Below, in pieces: positions 33,384 to 46,700 of a stretch of DNA of 64,000 nucleotides (the first letter of the stretch is position 1; the number at the start of each line of letters is the position of its first letter). Origin of the DNA: Antedon mediterranea (Eukaryota; Animalia; Echinodermata). A program made the position numbers and the translations under genes. The DNA is taken from positions 394,101-458,100 of the forward strand of contig NC_092677.1 in NCBI RefSeq assembly GCF_964355755.1, in the 5' to 3' direction. The notes beneath the pieces were generated by a model. That model was not told the DNA's origin. It was given only the letters and a program-made list of their open reading frames with translations, and did no database searches.

Positions 33384-36300
33384 TCAAATGCCTGTCTGTT
33401 CTTCCTTCATCTTTGGTTCCTGTGGAAATACAATTTAATTTCATTTCATAACATTTATTAACAAACTATGACAAGTAAGTAAGTATACTTACTTAGAGCA
33501 CATGTCTGTAGTTTAAGCTTGGTTCGCACTTGGAGGCAACGAAGAGGCGGCGCAATGCAAGTGGATTGATCAATCACAAGTAACAGGTGATCCTTCGCGT
33601 CGTGATTGGTCCAGCTTACGAGCGTGCGCTGCGTCCAAGTGGGAACCAAGCTCTATAGTTAGCGTAAGAATCATTGGTTCAAACCAGTCCAGTCCACGGT
33701 AGATCATACCTAATCTTTAATGAAGCGTATTTGACAAAGAATGGTAGTAAAGGGGGCAGTCATGATGATGAGTTTGTTTTTGAAAATGAGAGTTTGTAGA
33801 GTACCTCGTTTGATTGTGACGTCACAACCATAACGTGTCCGTTAATGTAACCATCATCGTCAAAGTCTGCCTGAACACCTTTCGTTTCCATCATCGTTTT
33901 GTTGTAATATCCGGTTTGCATTGTCATTTCCTGAAAAACATGACATGTGTTTGATTGCAAATGAGGGACGTTTAGCTGTTGGTCAACTTCATTCTTCATT
34001 CTATTGTCATACTATATTTCTGTGTGACGACTTGTTACTTACCTGGACACTGTCATCGTCCTCTTCTGGTGGAACACCACAATGTAATGTTTGCCGCCAT
34101 TTTTTAGGCAGACAACAACACATGATATCGAAGACTGGTGATATCAGGCCAGGGTCTAGTTCGCTTGGATCTTGTGCTCCTGAAAATGTATTGAAAAAGA
34201 ACATGGTAGATCTGATCATGGAATACAATGTTGGAGTGAGTGGCTGAGCGGTTAAGACAGTGGAACCGTAATTACGTAGCCATAACATCGGCACTTTAAA
34301 GAACCTAGTACATCTTTCGAGACGAGTAGGGGTTACCCCGGTGTATTAGTACATCACAGCCACTGATCACCAACTGGGCCCTCTGGGAGGGCCCAGTTCA
34401 GTCTTTGACTGAAGAGGTTACCCAGTATAAATATAAATTTCAATTTCAATCAAGGATAAGATCGTTTTCCCTTTTGAGCGATGTATTTGTTTGTATTCAT
34501 TTGATATTCTTGGTTTTTCTAAGGAAACGTAACATGGACACGTACTACGTATAATATGTCGACAAAATTAGCAATCCCCGAACGGCACCTCGTAGGAATG
34601 CAATACATTCATTCTGCACGGTTTGTTAACTTGAGACATATTCGATATTCTGAGATTAGATTCAAAAGTATCAGAGTACTTGATTTATATATTTCATTAC
34701 ACGTAGGCCTACCTATGGCAAGTTTTGGCGGATTTGGCTTGCCATACCTACCTGTTATGAAACTCGTTACTAAGCCAAAGAATAGAGTTGATAAAACAGC
34801 CACAGCGCTATAATATAGGTAACTCATAGAATACCACGTTTCAGCTAGATTTGTGCTGAAAATTAACGTCATAAACCCAACTTAAATACCTTAAAATAAA
34901 TTATAAAAGTAATGTAATAATAATTAATTATAATTATAATTATTGTAATTATATTTTATAATACATTTTAGAATATCGTATTTTGGAGTATAGCATACTG
35001 TAATATCTGAATACCGAAGTGATTTAAATGTTTGCGTCACTAGGCCTACACATAACCAACCAATGAAACAATAAACTAACAAATCAGATAACCAATCAAC
35101 AGACAACCAATGAAACAATAAACCGACCAATGAAAATGAGTCTCAATCATTTCTACAACCAACAGAATTATCCAATCAAATTTACGTCAACCAACCGATC
35201 GACCAATCAATCAATCAATCAATCAATTAACAACTAACAAACAACTAGCACACCATCTGATCAAGCAACACATCACCATATTATTAAAAGTATTAAAAAT
35301 AAACTTACTATGGTTCTGGCGTAGTTGGTATCATTGTTGTATCAAATGGTGATATTGTTGTAATAGTATCGTTACAGAGGGCTACAGAGATTGGTTTATT
35401 ACCAAGCCATTTAGTATATGGTGGGTAGAATTGAGCGCCAACTCCAACCCAAAACGAAAAACCCAATCCGGAAAATAATCCAACGATTGCACCCTAAAAA
35501 GAGAAACACAAATTCGATCGATGTGCATGGAACTACTTTATAAAATGTTAGTGTGTTATGACTATGCGACACTACCGGGTTACAGCTACAGTGTTTGTAA
35601 CCTTAAGGTGCTGAATCTTATTACCCACCGTCCTTCGGATTTGTCGTAAAGCCGTTGGTTTCGTGGACAGAAAACACACACGAACTTTACGTGCACTGTG
35701 TGCATTATCTTAAATGAGTGGCAATCCTAGCGCTGTCGTGGGTCCCTTGAGGGTCTTCTGATTAGACAGTTGTATATACAAGGTACATTATATTTAAATT
35801 ACTTATAGGCCTATATTGTACAATAACAAAGGAAACAAAGTGAACAAACATGAGAGTTATCAAACCAGGAAGATGTACTGTACATCTGCCTCATCATACG
35901 ATAATTAAAACCCACAACATTCTGTATCGCCTCCAAACAAGCGGCTGCGACAATTTATAAAAAATAGATGAAAAGAAGCTTACGATTGAGTTGGTCCAAG
36001 GAAAGAACATTCCTAGCATAAAAACCCCCAATAACGGACCGCCAATCATTCCAAATATACTAAGTGCAGCTTGAAGAACGTCACCAAGTTGAGACGCGAC
36101 GTAAGCCATACCAATCGACAGCAACCCAAACGAACACACTGGAAACAATTCAAAAATTATAATAGGTCTAATTTATAATCAATGATAGTACGTATGCGGC
36201 AGAAAATCGAGGCATTTTAAAAAGAAGAGAATAAATACGTTGAACTAACGGCAGACTATACACGTTACTATAGGACTATATAAATCGAACGATCGGTTGA

Positions 36301-39300
36301 TTGCCAATTTTATTGCAAGTGGTTTCAATGGTGATGATCCAGTTCAATTACGTCCGAGTATATGTAAAAACATTTGACCAATCAACGTAGCTCCCTGACG
36401 CAAAGCTACTTCGTATAAGTACTTTAATTTACCATCATGATTATATTAACTATAATGCACTTACCTACTACTTTACTAATCTGTGTATACTTTTCCTCGG
36501 AGGGGTTAAAAAATGGTTTAATTACGTCTTCACCCAAAACAGCGGCTAATGAATTCAGTCCAGAAGACACTGTACTGTAACAGAACATTAAAACTATATT
36601 AAAATGTGCGTCAACATGAATGTGTGTGTATACTGTACTTCGAAATACCGTTCACTGTGTATGCGTCACTATGACGCAATGCCCGAGAGGGAGACGCGTC
36701 ACATTAGTAATGGGAACCGAGCTTTAATAGAAAAAACATTGGTACGAGGAGGCGCCGTTTGGAACACTGCCGACTGTCAACATAATACAGTTTTATGACA
36801 CAGAAATAATGTCCCGAACGGTGCCTTGTACAGTCATACCTTAAAGCACCGCTGAACATTGCAGCAACGAAAAGTCCCGGTATGCCGGGGAAATCCGCAA
36901 GAATGTCCATTACAAGGTACGGCATCAGCTATAAGAAGAGTAAGAAAGAAATAATGTTAGAATAATGACAAGTCAACCTCCTTGCCGCCGCGCTCATGGT
37001 GCATGCTGGGAATGGCACAAGCTGGGGTTCTTTTTCCATGTTGGTCATATCTTAAATAAACATCTTATTTACTTTGTTCCAATCAGGACGCAACTCAAGG
37101 AAGGACGTAAACTCAACGCGAAAGTATTTGGCCAATCACAATTACGAGCGACGACTCGTGAGCCCCGTGACTAATTACACTTCGTCTACGTCCTTGGCTG
37201 CGGTCGTAGAGTCAAGATCATTATTGTTCTCCCCTCAATCAGCTAAATAATAAGAGTAAATACCTGATCCGTTTGTTTGACATAACCTGCTGTGTACGGG
37301 TCACAATCTCTGTAAACTGCGTACATCACTAACCCACACATAGTAGCTAATGATACAATAGTAAATAAACCGAAAGCGTTTATATACAACGCTCTGGAAA
37401 TAGAAAAAAAAATAGATAAACAAAAAATTTAAATTAAACGAAAAACGTATAGCTTGGTTCTCACTAGACGCGCGTCTACGTCATTGCGTTGCCTGGGAAC
37501 CGAGCTTAATGCGATTTGATTCGCCGAAATGTGGTAGAGAAACTGGCCACTTACATTTGAGCATCTTTCATACTTTTACAACTCAGATAGCGTTGAACTT
37601 GTGATTGGTTTACTCCATATATGGCGACCCACGTGAAAAATCCTCCAATTAAAATCGACCAAAACGAGTGACGTATACGAGGGTCCGCACCAAATCTGTA
37701 AACATAAATTGCAACGTATTATTATATCACTGTGACGATTTGCGTTTTCGCAAAATTCCCACCGATTCGTTTATATAGGTGCATATGCCTACTTACTCAT
37801 CAAATTCAATTCGTCCACCTTCTTGAGAAAATTCCCAAATGTTACCGAATCCTCCCAAGTCTACCGATCCTTTGATGATTACCGCCAGGAAACCAGCTAT
37901 CATTACTGTCACCTGGAACACGTCAGTCCATATTACAGCTTTTAAGCCACCCTAACAAATACAAAAAACATTTTCTCAAACAACCATCGTCATCTTTCGT
38001 ATCATCACTACACTTCCTCCGGTTTGGATAGTAGCCTATACCTTTGTCGAACTTGGCGTGCCATATTAGTTTACAGATAATGAATATTTATGAGTGCAAT
38101 GGTACAAATAATTTCACTTCGTGAAAGATGAATGATTATTAAGAATCTATTCACGTGTGTTAAAATCATGAGTATTTTCATTTCATTTCTTTATTCAAAA
38201 CAATATAACATTAAAAACTGTACAAGAATGAATTCAGGGTAGCACAAAAAAGTAACCAATGGTCAAATTATTTCCATTGTGGCCCTTAAGGATGAAATAT
38301 ACTTACTATTGTGCAATAGAACGTGCAGACAATACCACAAGCCCAAACGGCGCCCCATAGTGTAAATCCAGTTACTAATTAATCATAAACACGCAATTAA
38401 CTGATTGTGAAAACATTTCAAATAAATCTTGAAAGAATTTCATTTAGCTTCGATTTTGTATAGATGACAAATTTCGTTTTTGTAAAAGCACAAGTTAACG
38501 GAGTACTTACTCGAACGTTTCGATCTCTATCAGAGATCCTTCTCAACTGACTGCGGAGTGTTAATGCAGCTTGGTCATTCTTGACGTCATCTGTTGATGA
38601 CGTTGTACGCCTCCGGTTGTAGGTTGGAGGTTGTGCGGGGCTCGGCCAGGTGATGTGTCTATCAAATCATTGTACAAATGCGAGAGTTCGTGGGCTCCAG
38701 TGTCCCGGTTCATGGTCTTCTCTTTATTTCTCCTTATATGTAATGATTCTCTAATCTGTCTGTCTTTGCGTTTAGGCTCTTTGGTTAAGATGGTAGCCTC
38801 CCAGTTCGGTACATGATTGTGTTTTATGACATGTTCTGTAATGGCAGATTTGTGTATGATCGAAGATGTGGATGTTCTGGAGGCCCTAGTCATTACTCCC
38901 CCCGTGTTTGTTGTAACATCTTTTTTGTGATCATTAATTCGTGTTTGTAATGCCCTCCCTGTTTCCCCAATATAAACTTGTGGACAGTTGCGGCAGGTGA
39001 CTTCGTAGATTACTCCACATGTATCCATCTTCTCGATTTTATCTTTTGGGTGGACGAGGCTATTCTTGATTTTATTTTGGGGTAGGAAATAGGTTCCGAC
39101 ATTGTGATAGGAGAGAGTGCGTCGTATTCTTTCTGCCATTCCTTTTACATAGGGGATTCCTATGCTACCTCGCATCTTGATCTTTTCCTTCTGTGGTTCG
39201 TGTCCTTTGTTCTTTTTCCTTTTTCGGTTTTCCATAACTCTCTGGAAGGACCACTCTGGATACTGGCAGTTGTGTAACGCTTTCTTGATGTTATCCATCT

Positions 39301-41611
39301 CAACTTTCCTCAAATCCATATCTCCCACTACCTTCTCAGCTCTGTCCACAAGCGTGTTTATAAGCCCCAGTTTGTGTTCGAGTGGATGATGTGAGTTGAA
39401 ATGTAAATATTGGTCTGTGTGAGTGGGCTTCCGATAGACTGAGGTGGTAACTGTTCCATTGTCATTGAGTGTGATGAGCATGTCCAGGAAAGGTATTGTG
39501 TTGTTTGTCATCGATTCTGTGGTGAACTTGATATTGTCAGTTATATCGATGTTATTAAGATGTGTGTTAAATGTATGTACTGTACCTATGGGGATGATAG
39601 CTAATACATCATCAACGTATCGTTTCCTCTTAACCAAAGAGCCTAAACGCAAAGACAGACAGATTAGAGAATCATTACATATAAGGAGAAATAAAGAGAA
39701 GACCATGAACCGGGACACTGGAGCCCACGAACTCTCGCATTTGTACAATGATTTGATAGACACATCACCTGGCCGAGCCCCGCACAACCTCCAACCTACA
39801 ACCGGAGGCGTACAACGTCATCAACAGATGACGTCAAGAATGACCAAGCTGCATTAACACTCCGCAGTCAGTTGAGAAGGATCTCTGATAGAGATCGAAA
39901 CGTTCGAGTAAGTACTCCGTTAACTTGTGCTTTTACAAAAACGAAATTTGTCATCTATTTCAAATAAAGTTCACTAATATTATGATCGATTATATTCGAT
40001 CCTTCAGATTTCTAGTTTGAATATCACTCATGTAGTCCTTATTGTTATTACCGTTCTTTTTGTTTTCCGGGAAGTGTGCAAATTTTAAAAGTCGTTCTGC
40101 GCACGCATGCAGCTTAGAAACATATATGAACATGCAAGGAACGACTGTTAGACGCAATAGCTGTGTGAAAATGAAGTTTTACCTTGATTCAGCGCCAAAG
40201 CAGGAGCATAAATAACGATCCCAAGATACAGCAACTGAAATAAATAATTAAGGAACTTGTTATTAATACGCGATGCGTATAATCCTGGAGGAATTTCCTC
40301 CATGATAAAATCGAGAACTTTTTTTCCGATCGCATTTATGCAGTTCGTTTCGAAATTAATAATGGCGTCGGACTATCGCAATACACATATCATGTCATGC
40401 ATTGTCTGTATATATGAACAGAGACAGCGAAATCATGTTAAGTATTTAATACAGCAAGACACGTATCTAGATGACTTGCGATAGTCAGTTAGACTTTATC
40501 TACTGACAGCTGTAGAAGAATCGGGTTTTACAACTATACTTACCATTTGAGCGAAGAAAGTGAACGTACCACACAGTCTGACGACTCGATTAAAACGCCT
40601 TTCAATGTACTGTTATAAATAAAATGATGTGATATTAAAATAATTTGGTTATGAATAAGTGGAATGGTTTGGCCATTAATTTTTTTATCTCACCAAATAC
40701 TAATGAAAATGCGAAAACAACGGTCAATGAGGCTTATATATTAATTATTGGCCAGCTTCTGTCATGCTCCTAGTAAGATGATTTATACAATAGGCCTATT
40801 TTGTATTCATATCGTTTGGTAGATGCATGTCGACGTAGGCCTTTATGTTGAGAGGAAGGTATCTATAATTGATCAATTGATTGATAAATAATTAAAGATT
40901 GCTTTAAGTGGAACTTGACGACCAATCGCCTATTTGAAGTAAACGCCCAAATTATAGTTTTATCACTATATTATGTCAACATGTTATCTACATGCGCTGC
41001 GTATTATAGCCTACATTTCGTAGGCACTTGGTGTATTGACGGTGACGTGTGTTATCACCACACCGTAAACATAATTTATCCTTGACAATTGAATTAGTAA
41101 GTTACAGTGTAATGAAACATACATCTGAACTTTGTACGAAAACATGCAATTATGTGTTATTCAACAAAAACTTAACAGATAAATGTGTTCGAAAAGACTA
41201 TTGTTTTATTTAAAAAAATAAAATGGTTTCTTCGATATGTTTTATCAACAATTGCACGTGACTTACCTCGTACGCGCTTGTGAGTTGAAGTTTGTAAAAA
41301 ACGGGAAGAAAGAGATGCGCAGCGGCAAAACAGACGAAGAAATACGTCAGACCAAACCACCAGAACATGGTCCCGTGGACATACACGTCAGCAGGGGTAC
41401 CAAGAACGGTAATAGCAGACATAAAGCTAGCTAAGAGCGAAAGACCAACTGGCAGAGCTCCCATCTGTCTATCTGCCATCAGGTATTCCTTGGATGTTTT
41501 CTGTCGTCCTCCACACAATGCATGGTAAACTCCAATGCCAGCAGACACACATAACATTAAGGAAAATACTATATAATCCCAAACTTTGAATTCATTCGTA
41601 TGCTTCGTCAT
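33384..41611 (-). CDS. SLC5A8: Sodium:solute symporter, SLC5A5/6/8/12 (SMCT/SMVT/NIS) subfamily, 15 coding exons, ~632 aa
   Basis: Exons 41611-41267, 40609-40544, 40234-40183, 38374-38307, 37951-37797, 37695-37555, 37393-37264, 36928-36840, 36574-36465, 36138-35984, 35493-35309, 34855-34752, 34179-34043, 33930-33805, 33419-33384 (1899 nt). Motifs: [63 protein letters not shown]. The symbol means -like; exact orthology is unresolved. Confidence 0.9.
33516..33652. mobile_element. MITE family B copy
   Basis: agcttggttcgcacttgga...tccaagtgggaaccaagct TIRs. Confidence 0.8.
34211..34440 (+). mobile_element. tRNA-derived SINE, internally deleted
   Basis: A-box-like TGGCTGAGCGG head and no B box. 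Body cactttaaagaacc...ttcgagacgagtaggggttaccccgg resembles invertebrate SINE bodies. A/T-rich tail. Confidence 0.6.
35575..35770 (+). mobile_element. Possible SINE core fragment
   Basis: gtccttcggatttgtcgtaaagccgttgg resembles a conserved central domain of metazoan SINEs (recognised from memory, not searched). Confidence 0.4.
38427..39958 (-). mobile_element. 5'-truncated Penelope-like retroelement (RT C-terminus + GIY-YIG endonuclease) with inverted pLTR, in SLC5A intron 3
   Basis: Open frame 39622-38561 with [24 protein letters not shown] and [21 protein letters not shown]. 331-bp inverted repeat 38460-38790 / 39628-39958. 33-nt tail 38427-38459. ATTTCAAATAAA direct repeat at 38415-38426 and 39957-39968. 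Confidence 0.93.
39872..39906 (+). ncRNA. Minimal hammerhead-ribozyme-like motif in the Penelope pLTR (mirror copy on - strand at ~38512-38546)
   Basis: TTGAGAAG-GATCTCT-gat-AGAGATC-GAAAC-GTTCG: variant CUGAnGA box, stem II, GAAA box, short palindromic stem III (AACGTT). Confidence 0.55.
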
Positions 41612-41659
41612 TTTTAAGGTTTTTAAGTATCTTGCTCTTTGAAAGTACTCTTGTCTGGC

Positions 41660-41820
41660 TGTGTCACGATCTCAGTCTAAAATTTCAGTAGTATTTGGTT
41701 GGTCTCCCGTCTGATTGTCACGATATCGCAGTCTAAAAATGTCAGTGTTATTTCGTTGATTTCCCGTCTGCCACTGTCACGATCTCGCAGTGAAACAATG
41801 CCAGCGGTTTTTGGTCGTTC
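41660..41820. repeat. 3 diverged ~57-bp repeats upstream of the SLC5A start codon
   Basis: tgtcacgatctc(g)cagt...cccgtctg units at ~41663, 41717 and 41775. Confidence 0.75.
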
Positions 41821-43756
41821 AGACTTGCTCTCTTTAATATTATACAGTTCGTGATTGATTGTAGGGGGTCATAAGGACCCTTGTACAAATACCACCATAA
41901 ATCAAATAGACTTTGTAACTGCTATACTTTCAATGTTTGCTCTCGTCTTAGGCCAAGACCTAACAGTCTACGGTAAGAGCGACAGTAATCAACTACCGTA
42001 TATGTAGGCCTATTATAGATTCTGAAATCTAATTACAATGCTACTTCATGTTTTAGATACGTATGAGGGTTTCTCAAAGATAAAAGAAAACATCTGATTC
42101 TTTGCATTAAAAACTGACGTAATCAGTTAAATAGTCTGTTATGGATGGCGTCTAATCATGGAAATGTCTGTGGCATGATAATACTAGCTTGCCTTCCATT
42201 CATTTCGTTTCATAAGTCTACCGACGTCGTTTTTAACTCTGTAGATTTTGCTTTTTAGACCTAACTTGGAAGTTGTACTCAACATGCAGGTATACTACAT
42301 CTATGATCTCAATAAACTGTTGTACGAATTACTTTGTGGTTAAAAGCTGTCTTTGTGTTCCCCCAATAATACCGACCAGATGTATTAAGTTCTTTCAATT
42401 CCTTCATCTCTTAATCTCCCTTGGTAACGGTTTATTAATTCATAACATTGTTTTTAAATTTGTTATTCGATTTTTTATTCACGTGAGACATCTAGTTTTT
42501 GGTATTTGTTTGACTCACGTACTTAACTTACAACGACTTGTTTTTTGTGACTGGTCGTAAAAATTACTTGATAACTTTCTAAGAGCAGCGTGGGAATATC
42601 TATCTAGGATAGTTCCTTTTATTACAAGCCAGCTGCTTAGAATACAACTTCATGTTAAGTACGAACTTACAATTTTAATAATAAAGTATTTAGGCCCATA
42701 CACATTATTTGACACATTTTAATGTCAAAGTGTATGCACTTTTCAACCCGGATGTAAACAAACCACAAATTATTGAATGTATACATTTGATGTCAGATGT
42801 AAATTTATTCATAAATATATGTACATAACAAAGTACCAACATGTTACAATAGACGCGCTCGACACAAGCGCGTCTCGTTCCTTAACTTGTGCAATTTGAA
42901 TCTCAAGATATACACGACGGCAATAAAAATACTTAGCCCATAAAAGAAGGTGATATTGTACTACAATAAATTACCTACTACACTATAGTTCAGCATAAAG
43001 ATCACCTATAATTCACGAATCAAAATCTATTCCAGATTTGTTTAGCTTCCCAAATGGAATAAAATGAGTGCTATAGCTTATTTCTGATACAGATGAACAA
43101 AATTGCTAAGTTCTATTTGATAAAATTGGGTAATTACCACAATTAGCATGGGTCCTGGCTTGGGTAGATCCAGAGAAGATGGGGGAGGGGGATTTCCAAT
43201 TCATATTCACATAGCACTTCACTTTACAATGTTTAGGCTTTCGTGCAAAGTCCTGGATCCACCCGAACTAGTTACTAGTACATGTGCTAAGTATATACTA
43301 CAGTACTTGCTTTGTATGTGTGTATGCCGTTTGTTTGCACAAGAACACCCACAATTTTTGGATTTGCAAAAATAGTGTACCTATATACCAACAGCCTTTT
43401 CAAGAACATCAATTTATTGGTGCTCGAAAGCGTAATAAAATCTCCACTTTAAACGTTATCTGTATTTTCAATATGGGCCAAAATATCGAACAATCAGTTT
43501 CTGATTTCTAAATTTATTAAAAGTAACTTCTTCATGATCAAACTGGTGTATGTATTTTGACACTATCATATAGTAACTACAAGTTGGTCTTGCAGTTAGT
43601 AAAAAGGCTTCCTACTTTCTAGGATTTTTATCAGATAATCTATATTGTTTTGACAACTCTTGTAACATGACCACAGTTATGATTTTGCCATTTTTATATT
43701 ATTTAATAGTCTACTTAAAATAGGTAACAGGTGCTTAGTGAAACAAGGCTTTAAAA

Positions 43757-46700
43757 TCAAGGTAGTGAATTGCCACTAGAATTTGGTGAGAATACAACCT
43801 GATGTCCATCACTTATTTTGTCCATATTATTAGTTGCCGTAGCAACAGATCTCCCAAGCTGATACATATATTGATTAAGATTTTGAATGAGATTTTCCAG
43901 AGTAACTTCTGAAAGTTCTTGTTCTGATGGAATGTTTGCGGACAATTGGTAATGTGTTGCATTCTGTTCTTTCTTATTTCCACTTTCGTCTTCTGTTAAA
44001 TTTGAGTTGATTGCACTTGCCATGACCTCTGACCCTGATGATTCTGTTTTGTTGCTATGAAAACGCTTCAACAGCTCTGCTTGGTATACCCTGTAAACAC
44101 AATATTATTTATAAATTCTGGTGTGGTAAATATATTTAACATTTTGCAGATCAAGCACATTATGATGTGTATGAAACTTACACAGAAATTATAGAGTATG
44201 TTAAACTTGCCTTATATGGTCATAGCAGAGTCTAATATTATGACTCATTTTACATGTTTCCACTATAAGATCTTGAACATATTGCCAACTTGTACGGTCT
44301 GACATCAAGCAGCTTTCTGCAACACTTCGCAACTCGCGTTCCTCATGCACTTGGGCCTCAAGCTTACTGTTTGATATAGACAACTGAAGTATCAAAGAAA
44401 AGTGAACATAATTGGCAATAGAGTAACAGAGGCAGCGGAAATCATAGAACCCAAATTTTTTTTAAAGATTTACAAATATAAAAATATTGGTTGTAAGGGC
44501 AACGGAAATCATATATATAATCACATATATGTATCAAAGTCATATATTATTGGTAATATGTGTAGAGCAAGAGTGAAAAATCTGAAACTCATGGCAAAGT
44601 TAATACTGTTTTGTTTATTTACTGATAGGTTGTGATTTTCAATTAAAGTTAGCCAAAATGGACTTGATTAACTTGCCATGTAAGTATTGAAATAATCATA
44701 TTATACTTCATATAACATTTGTAGTCAGGACAATTTTAACATAAAACAGTAACATGATTATACAGTAGTAGTATATTGACAATAAGGGTGTGATGGTATA
44801 AATACTGATAGCCTACATTTGATTAGGTATAAAGGACAGTTTAATGTAAACTACTAATGTTTGGACAAGAGAGTTTAATGTTCTATGACGTTGTAAATGC
44901 ACATGTATACAATAGCATTACTCATAAAAAACATTTACTGTCATGAAGCGGTTTGTGAGAAGCATGATAAAGTAAACATATTGAATTACTGGTAAAAGAA
45001 CTACTTTATTCTTTACTTGTTTAGTAAAATCTCAAAAATAAATACACCAGAGAGTACAGTAGGGATCATGTCACAATAATGTTCTGCAGTTACTGCAGTA
45101 ACTATATCTTGTTTACTTTTTAACCTAGTTTTTAGGTATTCATACACACTGTCTATTGAAGTAACTGTGTATATTGAAATAAACTTAGGTCTCATGTTAT
45201 TGCAGTATCATTTTATTACAGTATAAAAATAGTTCCTGCAGTAGCTGCAGTAGAATACATTTTACATGATCCCTAAATCTCTGTTTAAACTATCAAACTT
45301 TACGCAACAACAAAATGTGATGTGCACATATATGGACATGATGATATCATATCACTACCATATTTGGGAAGATCATTAGCGTAAAGCTCTGCCTACACTA
45401 TCAAACTAGTTTGACAAAAAAAGTGTGATGTGCCCAAATATGTTAGTGATATGACATCAACATGTCCATATGGGCACATCACATTTATTTGCCTTTGATT
45501 GTGTAGACAGAGCCGTACATGAGTATTTTGTTACCTGTTGATATTTATGAGCCATTTCCTGCATAATAGACTCGACCCTGTCAGCGTATGTTTGTTCAAG
45601 ACTATCTTTGAATGGTGGCGCTTTACTATGTTTCCTAGCTATTGCATTTGTCATTTTCTTGCGTGGTCCTAATAATCTGTAAGACATTATATCTATTTGT
45701 TAATAGGTTGGTTGGTGGTTTCCATACTTGGTTTTTCTATAATTATTACAGCTCATAGTCGAGCTATGAATCTATTTATTCCTGGTTTAAAATTGTAATT
45801 TTTATTACCTGGGTTTTTCTAAAAGACACCACCCATTATCTAAGTCTCATAATGACATAGAAAATAGGGTTTATTTAACAGCTTACATTGCTGAAAGAGA
45901 AACATTACTTACTTAATACCAATTTCTTTGAGGTCTGTATCACTGAGTGTTAGAAACACCCTCAAGTCAACATCCTGTTCCTCAAACAACGCGTAATATT
46001 TACTTAGATTAAGACTCTCCAGCAACATTGCAAGGTTTGAGTAAGGATAAGGTTCCTCAACTTCATCCTTAAAAATGTTCACAACCTTCTCTGGTGGAAT
46101 GTTGCCATAGAGATGAGGAACATGTGACGGTGTCCCTATATGAGCATGATGCGAGTTTTCTTTCTTTCCATTCTCTTTGGATGACTTCTCCACATGGTCA
46201 CCAGTTGCCTCTTCATCGTTGCTTGAGATACTGTTTTCACGACTGATGCCAACTGATCCTGCAAGACCTCCGGTGCTGCCGCTCAAGCTGGATGAATTGG
46301 AGCTTTTAATGGTGACATCTCCAGCATCAAAGAAAGAGCTGCCATCACCAGCATTCTCATAATGTTCAAACCACGAGGAACCTGGAATATGAACAAATGT
46401 AACATATGTTAAGGAAACACTTCCCTGAGAATGAATCAAACAGGTGGTTATTTTTTCCAAGGGAAAAGTGCAAGCGTAAGCAATGGAAGAAAACATAGAT
46501 TTAGGCCTAGCCAAGTAGATGAAAGAATTTGATAGCATTTACTATTTATCTATTATTATCTATTTACTAGCACTTCTTCAGTTGGTCTGTAGATTGAAAA
46601 GGGCACTTCAGGAAAAAGGGGGTTCTTTCAAATCCTACAAACCCCCCTGGCTACAGGCTTGATGAATGAAAAGCACAGACCACTACAATCAATCTTTATT

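Noticed and set aside
34211-34295. tRNA gene
   Set aside because: Only an A-box/D-arm-like head is present, with no T-arm/B box or acceptor stem; it continues into a SINE-like body.
39628-39787. N-terminal ~53 aa of the 408-aa Penelope ORF
   Set aside because: This is the antisense reading of the inverted pLTR that happens to be in frame; real homology starts at RYVDD.
42140-42660. Coding-like stretch on the - strand between SLC5A and ANKS3
   Set aside because: Multiple stops and no motif I can recognise; it may be a decayed element but cannot be supported without a search.
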